From Setoptus koraiensis (Eukaryota; Animalia; Arthropoda): 64,000 bases of DNA. Where the stretch lies: positions 17,236,001-17,300,000 of the forward strand of contig CM106586.1 of the NCBI GenBank assembly GCA_048013815.1, in the 5' to 3' direction. The position numbers were made by a program, and so were the translations under genes. Under the pieces are notes generated by a model. That model saw nothing but the letters and a program-made list of their open reading frames with translations, made no database searches and was not told the origin of the DNA. Below are positions 11,959-21,330 of this stretch, piece after piece (the stretch's first letter is position 1; every line of letters begins with the position of its first letter).

Positions 11959-12531
11959 ATGACAATGATACGTGCGTTGATTGCCTTGGCTGTTTGTTTC
12001 ATCGCAACAGCGACCGCCACTGACGTGTTTGGTGGAAACGAAGCCAGCAATATGCAATTCAAATGTTCCAATTTCAAGCCTAGACCATTCAACTCTTATT
12101 ATTGTCAGCCTACAACTTACAATAACAATTTTCCCACTGAATATTATAGTGATGTAGAAGAATGCGTGTGCTACTACTATCAGCACTCAATAGCTTGGTA
12201 CACGATGGTATCCAACCCTGTCAGACATTTACTTGCCGAGATAAAGCCGCCATTCTATGAATTTACGGGTTCGGAATGGAGAGAGTTAGGCGAAGAGGTG
12301 GATAGCGACAAAGCATACGAAAAGTATCAAGCTCTCGGAAGAACATTGAAGCAACGTAGCAATAATGAAAAATTGATAAAAGACTGTCAAAGATTGGTAC
12401 ATCATTTTAAGCAGCAGCTAGAGCGACTCCCGATGAGCGGTATTCCTCGCATGGAGCTTGTGATTGCTGCCCATGATAAAAACTTCCTCACTTTGCTTAA
12501 TGGCTATTGGGTTTGCAAGAAATTGGTTTAA
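11959..12531 (+). CDS. Secreted six-cysteine protein, family member G5 (190 aa; G6-type N-terminus on a G4-type body)
   Basis: The first 38 residues are identical to G6; the remainder closely matches G4. Confidence 0.9.
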   Translation: MTMIRALIALAVCFIATATATDVFGGNEASNMQFKCSNFKPRPFNSYYCQPTTYNNNFPTEYYSDVEECVCYYYQHSIAWYTMVSNPVRHLLAEIKPPFYEFTGSEWRELGEEVDSDKAYEKYQALGRTLKQRSNNEKLIKDCQRLVHHFKQQLERLPMSGIPRMELVIAAHDKNFLTLLNGYWVCKKLV

Positions 12532-13258
12532 TGTTCTAATTACCACTTCAGAGAAGTAGAAATTGATATTTCTCGTCTACATTGGTTTCTACTCGGCCGA
12601 CTGCAGTCTCTACTATTTCATCTGAAACCGGAATCTCCAGTTTGATTCCAGTGGTCAGAATGAATACAATTAGCATGCATCTAAGAGACGATCGAACTGC
12701 TAACTCGATGCTTGATTCATCATAACTAGATTATGATCAATAATAGCTATTTCAAATAAATGATTATTAATATGAATTAATGACGCGGAGTTATCCGTTA
12801 CCAACACCGGTTGAGGGTAGCAATTCATGTCGAAAAAAGTTGAAATTCCCTATCACTGAGGCCTGGTGCGAAATGTAGTCTATCCTGAGGTTCGAGCATG
12901 GCATCTCTGCGACAACATTCTAGATTATTCTGAGTATCATGCAATGCCACAGTAGATGCTTATGCTATTTTTGCCGTAATTTCTATATTTATCGCCTGAG
13001 AATTCTTTCGGATTGACGTTTCAAAAACGATTGCAGCCAGATCCCTGCACAATTTGCAAAGTTTGCAACTTTATAGAGCATGAGACCTGTTTTGGTTACG
13101 TGTCATCGATCACAATATAGACAAATATTCAATTTCTGTTTGATGCATATCGAAAGATAAACTGCGAAAAGAATCGAATCTCAACATAAGCACAGATAGA
13201 ATTGTGGCTAGAAAACATTGATCGGATTTATCAATTAATATCAATAGAGAAAAGAAAA

Positions 13259-13855
13259 ATGACAATGATACGCGCGTTGATTGCCTTGGCTGTTTGTTTC
13301 ATCGCAACAGCGACCGCCACTGACGTGTTTGGTGGAAACGAAGCCAGCAATATGCAATTCAAATGTTCCAATTACAAGCCTGTTGAAATTCAAGATAATG
13401 GTTGCAAGAATTTCTGGACCTACGATCCAGACAGGCCCTTTGATTATTATCGAGCCATGCTAAACTGTTTGTGCTACTATTATCAGCACTCATTGCAATG
13501 GGGCGCCATGGTGCCCAACAGTGTCAGACATGTGCTCGCCGAGCTACAGCCTCCCGTGTATGAATTTACGGGAATTGAATGGAAGCAACATGGCGAAACA
13601 TTAGACAGTGCAGCGGCAATGCAGAAGAGAACTTATATACGAGGCTTCGTCGAGCAACGGATGATCCCACTGAATCCTGCGTTGAAAGAGGACTGTAAGA
13701 TATTGTTGGACCGTTCCAATGAGTACATAGAGAGACTTTTCAAATTGAAATCAATTCCTCACGCTGAGCTACTGGTGGCCGAAAATGATAAAAACTTCCT
13801 CCTCTTGCTTAGTGGTTCAATAGTTTGTGAGGAACTCATCTTTCCTAGGGACTGA
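13259..13855 (+). CDS. Secreted six-cysteine protein, family member G6 (198 aa)
   Basis: Signal peptide; CLCYYYQHSLQWGAMVPNSVRH; ELLVAENDKNFLLLLSGSIVC. Confidence 0.9.
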   Translation: MTMIRALIALAVCFIATATATDVFGGNEASNMQFKCSNYKPVEIQDNGCKNFWTYDPDRPFDYYRAMLNCLCYYYQHSLQWGAMVPNSVRHVLAELQPPVYEFTGIEWKQHGETLDSAAAMQKRTYIRGFVEQRMIPLNPALKEDCKILLDRSNEYIERLFKLKSIPHAELLVAENDKNFLLLLSGSIVCEELIFPRD

Positions 13856-14174
13856 TAGTGGAAAGTTGCAAGAACTTGAGCCAGAATAACCAATGCAAAA
13901 AGGCAGAATATTAACAGGAAACTGATATCCCTCGGCTGATTCGAGTGGCCAGAATGATCATAAACGAACGAATACAATAAACTGAAAGATGATTAAACCA
14001 ACTAAATTACTGAATCATATATCATAAATAGATTTTGACGAATAATAGATATAAATTATCCTCCCTTTTTTTTCAATTTTTCTCTTGGAGTCTCATCAGA
14101 CATCTTGCAATAAAGCGCGGGTTTGACAACGGCCAGTGCATACAATTATTTCAATCTCGTTGATTGGTCGAAAT

Positions 14175-14490
14175 CAGCCGGCTTAAATGGTTTTAACCAC
14201 AAGCCTTTTGATTTCAGAAATAAAGGGCATTCTCTGCCAATAGGCCTAACATGCCACTTTGCCAGGAATATAAATGCCTTAAAATGCCTCAAAAAGCCAA
14301 AATTCAGTTTAGAAAGCACATATGCCATAGAATGGCGGAATTGAAGGCATTTTAAGGTACAAGAATGACTCAAAATGCAATTTAAGGCATGCCCTTTTCT
14401 ATTTCTGGAAAGTGCCCATTTAGGGCAACCGGCATTAATTCAAAACCTGCCTTAAATGCCTTCAATGACTGAATCTATGCAGGCACACTA
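14175..14490. mobile_element. 316-bp insertion with an 8-bp target-site duplication, probably a hAT-type MITE
   Basis: The uninterrupted homologous site upstream of G1 reads cgttgattggtcgaaatagctgaatg (5468-5493). Here it is split, with gtcgaaat at 14167-14174 and 14491-14498. The insert has internal inverted repeats (14341-14357 vs 14450-14465) and AAATGCC/GGCATTT motifs. Terminal TIRs match poorly (cagccggc vs tagtgtgc). Confidence 0.55.
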
Positions 14491-14834
14491 GTCGAAATAG
14501 CTGAATGATTGGTTGTGTAACTATTTCCGCCGTGAATGGCTGCAGTGCAGCTCTGAGGGCCGGATTTACGTTGGACTCCATGAGCCCAACACATCGGAGC
14601 CTGATACGAAATGCAATCTATTCTTAGGTTCGAGCGTGGCATTCCTGCGACAATCCACTGCCACTGAGGATACACTCGCTAACTTGCTCGACTTCTATAT
14701 TTATCGCCCAAAAATGACTTGACTAAAAAACTTGGCTTCACGTTTTTCTCTCGGTTTAACAGACAAATATTCAATTGCTCGTTGACATCCATAATTTCAT
14801 ACGCGTTTTAAAGATTTTGCTAATAATCAAGACG

Positions 14835-15407
14835 ATGCGCAACATTCCATCGCTATTTTTTTTCGTTTGCCTCATCAGCGTGGTCAAGGCATCGATTGGA
14901 CAACAAGTTGCTCAAAATTTGCAATTGAGATGTCCGAGCGAGCGTGTTGGCCCTTTCGACTGGAGGCGCTGTCCGGATAGTACAGACAGTGATCTCAACG
15001 ATAAAACATATTGGAATCAACTGGAGTCATGTACATGCCATTTTTTGCAGCATTCATTTGTTTGGGCCGCTATGACACCAATCAGTGTCAGAAACTTGCT
15101 CGCCTCTTTAGATCATCAACCTTATGAATTATCCGGCTTGAACTGGACACAATTCGGCCAGCCGATCGGTAGTGTTGAAGCTGATCATGAAGCCCGCGAC
15201 CTGGATAAGAAGTACAATTTCAAATACCGTGCTGATTATAGCCAAGTAAGAATGGATTGCGAGAAAATGGTCGCTTACGCACGGAAACCTTTAAGTAATT
15301 TGAAGAAGGTGCACGCAACAATTCGTGCTGATCTTATAGTGGCAGCGCACGATGAAAACTTTCTAAATTTCATGAATGCTTTCATTATCTGTGGTAATTA
15401 CGTTTAA
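14835..15407 (+). CDS. Secreted six-cysteine protein, family member G7 (190 aa; G2/G7 subgroup)
   Basis: Signal peptide MRNIPSLFFFVCLISVVKA; LRC, CTCHFLQHSFVWAAMTPISVRN, DC, DLIVAAHDENFLNFMNAFIIC. Confidence 0.9.
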   Translation: MRNIPSLFFFVCLISVVKASIGQQVAQNLQLRCPSERVGPFDWRRCPDSTDSDLNDKTYWNQLESCTCHFLQHSFVWAAMTPISVRNLLASLDHQPYELSGLNWTQFGQPIGSVEADHEARDLDKKYNFKYRADYSQVRMDCEKMVAYARKPLSNLKKVHATIRADLIVAAHDENFLNFMNAFIICGNYV

Positions 15408-16203
15408 TAGGCTGCATCGCCTAATAGACGAAAACCAGTCAGTGATGAACTGCATAGGAGAAGAAATTGATATCCCTCGTAGATATCGGTTTTTTCACGA
15501 CAAGCCAAGTCTGATTAGCGAAGAGAGATGATGAAACTGATAACTGAATGACGATGAAAATAAATTATGATTAATGAATGATTAAGTTTGCTTGTTATAG
15601 CTGGGCTCCTCATTGACTTTACAAAATGGATTTTCCAATCCGGGTCTGTTTGCGTGAATTGCTTGGACAAAAGATAATTAAACTTTCAGCAACCGAAGTG
15701 AAAATCAGCGAGAAAAACAAAACTTCTTTTGGAGATTGAAAAAACTCAAATCTTCCAGATCCAACCAGATGTCTCCATTGATGATGTTCAGAGATGTTGC
15801 TCAGGACTCGCGCAGAGAATTCTATTCCGGTGAAATTTTGAGACTGAGCGACTTGAGTTTCATCAAGAGAAAAAAAAAATTTTTTTCTCATTTTTTTTTT
15901 TCTGAAATTTTCTTTCCGGTCTCAGCTGCTTGCCGAAACGACTGAAAAAGGTTGATTTTCGGGGAAGAATTCCTCCGACGAAGCAAGCAATCTTTCTTGG
16001 TGATGCTCAGCTTAGTGCGCCAGCTCCAGCAATGAATTCTCAAAAAATCGGTGCGATAATCGAGCTTACTGGCAGGATTGCCGGAAAAAAAAATCTCTGG
16101 GTTGCATGAGATTGGACCGAAGTCTTCGTACTTGATTTCGACACTAGTTTATGACGGCGCCAGCTATCGCAACAATGTAAGACGAAGATATCAATATCAT
16201 GCG

Positions 16204-16370
16204 ATGCCCGAGAAGAATCTGCGTCGCTTCTCTGGTGAAACCAGAGACGACTTTGTTGTTTGGAAATCCGAAGTGTGCCGGAGCACCGAGCAGCCGGACC
16301 TAGAGTCGCTTTGTCGAGCTAGCGGGCGCGCGTTGTGTCAACTGGATGCTCGCCGCACTAATTTGATACA
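16204..16370 (+). mobile_element. Possible degenerate Ty3/Gypsy Gag (capsid, PNMA/Arc-like) fragment
   Basis: LRRFSGETRDDFVVWKSEV...LCRASGRAL resembles the LxxFSG-x-E/D-F-x-x-W ... LxGxAL pattern of Ty3/Gypsy capsids. Resemblance by eye only; no pol or LTR seen. Confidence 0.3.
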
Positions 16371-19300
16371 TAATGTTGCCAGGAATCAGCCTGAACAAGT
16401 CAATATCAATCGAGCATCGATACACACGCAAAATGGTAGAGATAATGGATACGCCAAGCAAATGGGTCGATTCGGATGTGGGCCAGCGCGGCTTGCTGTT
16501 GGAAGCCGAATAACAAAAGCCGAGCCAAATTATCCCCTATCTTTGGGCCGTATTAATATTGTTGCATCATTTATCTTAGTCTAAGCCAATTGTGCGCGTT
16601 AGTTGTCTCAGCACTCGCACTGACTGGCTTGTTGTGGCGCCAATTTAGCTAGCTAGCGAAGTTACCTAGTGTGCCTAGTCACATGGGCTCTGGTAGGAAT
16701 AAGTTTGTCGGTTTATAGTTGACTGACTGGCGGCTCCCCTCCCCTCCCGCCACTCGATTTATCTCTAATGGGTGCCCACTAGACGACGAGTATTATTCAG
16801 TGGAGGCCCAAAATTGTGGCGAACGGCGGATAAACGGCGCACACTTTGCGCTGGGCCGCCTCAGCACAACAACGTGTTAGTTAGTAAACAAAAATTTGCC
16901 AGCGGTGGCTTCGTTAGTCGACTAATCTTGGCCGCCATTACGAGCAGCGTATATTATCAGCCAGCCAGCCAGCCAGCCCAAAACGCGAGTCAACAGTGGC
17001 GGGCCCTCCAACGGGAGCTTGCCAACGGGAACTTGCCAACAGTAGCTTTGCAACAGTAGCTTTCCGACAGTAGCTCTCCGACGGTGCCTTTGCAAGGGGG
17101 CCCGCCAAGGCGGGGGTGGCAGCGTGCTGGAGCACTCGAGATGTGTAGAGAGTTATATTATTATTACTATTATTATTGTTATTGTTATAAGAAACGCAAC
17201 AACAACAACAACGACGACGACGACGACAATCGTTTTAGTTAATATCCAGCTGCCCCCTTGCAGCTCGGCAACGGGGCACGCGCTGCCAGCCGCCGCCAGG
17301 CCGCCGCTTATTGAAATGGGGCCCGAGTCGGCCAGCGAGCCTCCAAAGCAAACACACCCACCTCGGCGAGCCAGGTTAATATTCAATTGGGTCTGGCCGT
17401 CTCAAAGTGGAGCCGCTTTTTTACGACAACACTGCGCCGTGCGAGTCGTACTGGGGCCGCGCACTGGGGCCCCGTAGCGGGGCCCGTTGTGGGGCATTCG
17501 CTGTCGCGTTGTTTATTCGCCTTGTTTGTCTGTTTGCTTGGTTCTGTGAGTGTGTGCGTGTGTGTGTGTGTGTGTGTTTGTCTGCCAATGCCAATGACAA
17601 AAACAAGCCAGTAAAACAACAACGACGACACAAGCAAAATTGTGCGCGCAAAAACAAAGCCAACAAATGGGGCGCCGAGCCAATTGCAGAAACTAGATTG
17701 CTTTCGTTGGCATTGGGGTCCCATCGGCGGGGCCCCGAACGCTCGCTGATGTCCCATCAGCCCGATGCAGCGGGACAGGCCCGATGCAGTGGGACAGGCG
17801 CGCCGGCAAATCTATTTTTTAAATTTACTATTATTTCTGCCCTTCAATGCATTATAAATTTGGCCAGCGGTGCCCAGATAAAGCAGCCAGGCGATATGCG
17901 ATACACGATGTGCGACACGACATGTGCCTTATCTGTCGCTTGCCATCGCCAGTTCTCATTGTGCCCAATTGTTGGCGGGCCCAACGTGACAGCCCGCCAA
18001 CAAACAACAGCCTACGCTCTGGCGCTCTAATTTTATCTTGATTTCTTCATCAAGATCATTGTGTAATCTTGCAGCCTTTAGTTTTGTTTGTGGGCGCGTT
18101 TGTCTCACAGCGACGACGAAAATCGGCCCCCCCCGCCTGTCCAGCGTTTGTGCGAAGCGCCCCCTGGTTCGCAGCGCCACCAGTGTGCCGTTTTTCCGTT
18201 TGGGGCCCACGGGCGATGCGGGGCCCCAAATGGCCATGCATTCTGTTCGGTTCGGTTCGGCACGGCCACTCGCCAACTGGCAGCGAGGTAAGAGCTCCAT
18301 TGTGTGTGTGTATATAACATTAGCAGTTTAGCGGCGCCCAGAATAGCCAGACAGAATGGAAATGGACAAGAATTGGACGCCGTCTCCATTTATATATTTC
18401 ACTTTGGGGAGCTATATTTCATCTTCAGCCCGCAGCGCCGGCTCAATTCGCGTCGGGGCTCGATTCACGTTGGGGCCCCTTGGCCGGGTTTCGGCTGGGG
18501 CCCCAACGCAATGCTGGCGGCCATTCTTTTTTCTGGCGCTCCGGCCGCTGTGTGTGCGATTGTAAAGAAAACTGACCATCATTAGGTTGCGGTGTCTTGG
18601 GCGCGTTAAGTGATTCCCGGCCCGTCGTGTTTGTTGTTGTCTATTTTTGCGATTCCAGCAAACACACAACAAGATATAACAAGATATATAGAGGAGATAA
18701 AGAAAAGAAGAGGGTGCTCCATTTGAGTGGCTCGATGCTTTTTGTTGGCGCTGTTGCTGTCGCCGTTACCGCTGTTATTGGCGCGTCTTATTGTCCGTCG
18801 CTGTTAGGACAATCGCGACGCGGGCCCAATCCCTCGGTCGTGTGTTTGTGTCAAGTTTTGCGACTCACAGAATGGAGCGAGAGAGAGAGAATAAAAGAAT
18901 AAGGCGTTCGAAATGGCCAGACTGCCACTCTCACTCGGCTGGCCGGCCACTTTGGCCCCTTGCGAGGGCACGCGCACCACTCAATACGCGGCGACATGTC
19001 ATTTTGGGGCCGCGCAACGTCGCTCTAATGCCGCCGATATTCAAACGAGCCGGCCCCGACACAAACGCGACATTAAGTCGGATGCGGCTCGGCCGGCCAG
19101 CAAGACCGACTGGATAAGCCGATCTTTTCTCCCGTCCGCTGCCATTTCCCCAATGCTCGCGATGCCTCTCTGAATCGGACACTCTGGTGTGTCCGACGTC
19201 GCCCGTGCCGCCCGTGCCGCCGACGATGTCCGATTTGCGCCCTAGCGGAGGCCAGATTAGCGTGTCAAATGATTGAATTAGAAATGGAGTGGCCTCGTTT

Positions 19301-21290
19301 ATTTTGCATGCAAATGCTCAAAACAGCCAGCCTGGCCGGCCCGTCGCGGGGCCGCCGTCCGCGTTTAAACTGCGACCTTTTTGTCGCTTCCTCGTCCTCA
19401 CTCCGACCGTCCACTGTGACGCTGCAAATCACTGGCCGGCCGGCCGGCCGGCCAGCTTACCAAATAGCCGCTTATTAATTCAGCACGCGGGCCCCACAAG
19501 ACAGCCAGCCCCAAGACGGATAATCCCTCTTAATGGGCGGCCTGGCGGGCTAATTCCGGGCACTAAATGAGCTTTGTTTGTTTCTGATTTCAGTTGACAT
19601 TCCGTCGGCAACATTCAGTGATTTTTGCCATTTCGGCAGTCCGTCGCGCCAGTCGGACAGTCAGGTTTGTTGTAGTCGACATTGATGAGATGACAAATCT
19701 GGCGCGACGCCAAACAGACACTGGACCAGCGGCGATTTTGCTGACCAGTCCCAGCAGAATGGTCACTCAATCGGGGCTGCACGTGTTTTCGGCAGCCCGT
19801 CTGGCGCGTCGCACGCGGACAAGGAGCGCAAAAGTTCAAGAGCAAAAAAAAGAGCCGGCCGCGATCAACGTTCACATGCGACCCATCGGGGCGCCCGACG
19901 AGGGGCGCCCCCCGTGGCAGTTGGGCCAGTTTCGAGCTGGCCCCAGAAGCGGCCCCAAACAAAAATGTGCGCGCGCTCCAATTTACGCTTAGCTGCTTAT
20001 CGCGAACGGCACGCTTCACTTAATTTTACAATTGGGGACCCTCGCTCTCTCTCTGTGCCCTTCACTTATCAAGTCAATATCTGGTATGTATTTGACTTTT
20101 ATGAAACGGCGACTTTTATCTGGGGGCCGCCGCTCCATAACTTAGGCCCACTGTGCCCATGTCAACTGGCTTGGCGACGCACAAAAATGACGACAAACAC
20201 CAAAACAAACGGACCAATATTTTCCAGCAATGCCAACAAACTGACAATAAACTGCCAGCCACCGAGTGGGAGCTGCGTGCCCAGACTTTGGGCCCCAAAG
20301 TGTTATGTGGGGCCCGGCGCGTCTTTTGTCACTGATTTCGCGCAATTGTCTGGCCGTGTCACCGCCAGACAATTGCGATTGCGGCGACAATCTTGGGGGC
20401 CGCTTTCGGCTTTCGCTTTTGCTCGACGCTCACACTGGTTATTTATTCACACTGGCAACTGTGGGCCTCGTGACAACGGGGAATTAAAACACAATTATGT
20501 CGCGACGCGACAACAATTGGGCCCAATCTCGATTTATCTTCATTCAATTGTTCGTCAAGTGACGCGAGCGCCCCTGACGGCCGGCTTCCAATTATAATAT
20601 TGGCCGGGAAAGGATGATTTGGGGCCGACGAACCGGTTTTAGTTTGCTCAATGTTTGCAACAGCTCAAGTTGCCATAGTTGCTTTAGGGCGACATCCCCT
20701 TCTTATCCCCGCCATAATGAGTGAGTTGTTGTCGGCGTTTCGTGCGATGCGATATTCGCATTAGCGCCACTGGCGACGCCAATTGAATTGGGGCCCGAGC
20801 GTGTTTGTGCGCTGTTGCTTATGCGTGCCTGCGTTAGTTAGTTTTGTCTGCTGTTTGCGATTATTATCTGCAATTTATCAACAAAATCAGCCAACTTGAA
20901 CTGTGTGCTATATGATTATTACATGTATTTGCATACGCAACAGCGGCGTGTGTAATCACACAACAAGAAACAACGACAGCGACGATAATAGATTCTCAAC
21001 AGAGATAAATGGCGCTCGTTGTAGATTGATGATTTTATCTATTATTCACTTCCTATTGCGTTTGTTCGTTTGTTTGTTGATCTCTCTCTCGCTCTACACA
21101 CACGCCTGACGTATATCTGGCTGGTGCGCGCCAGAGTGGGCCGGCCAGTTTGTTCGGGGTGCATGATTTGAATTCGTGACGACGCCGAAACATGCTACGG
21201 GAATGGGGCCCAATTTCGCTGTTGTGGCTCGTTTAATTTACAATTGGTTGACCGGACCGGGCGCCAGCTAGGGGGCGCCCTGTCCGCTCA

Positions 21291-21330
21291 CCCCTCAATT
21301 GCAACGGCGCGCGCCGTTGCAATTGAGGGG
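21291..21330. repeat. Perfect 40-bp palindrome
   Basis: cccctcaattgcaacggcgc|gcgccgttgcaattgagggg is its own reverse complement with no spacer. Confidence 0.95.

Noticed and set aside
5941-14834. Longer ORF-track starts for G1, G2, G3, G5, G6 and G7
   Set aside because: G1, G3, G5, G6 and G7 extensions begin at TTG near-cognate codons; all put hydrophilic residues before the signal peptide. The downstream ATG gives a uniform family N-terminus, matching G4.
5977-15407. Assignment of the family to aphid BICYCLE proteins or to odorant-binding proteins
   Set aside because: Single CxC motif and intronless genes (BICYCLE genes have paired CYC motifs and many microexons); Cys spacing differs from the OBP C1-C2-X3-C3...C5-X8-C6 pattern.
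15600-16060. AT-rich segment with A10/T-run symmetry, possible transposon remnant
   Set aside because: Could not define TIRs, a TSD or coding remnants.
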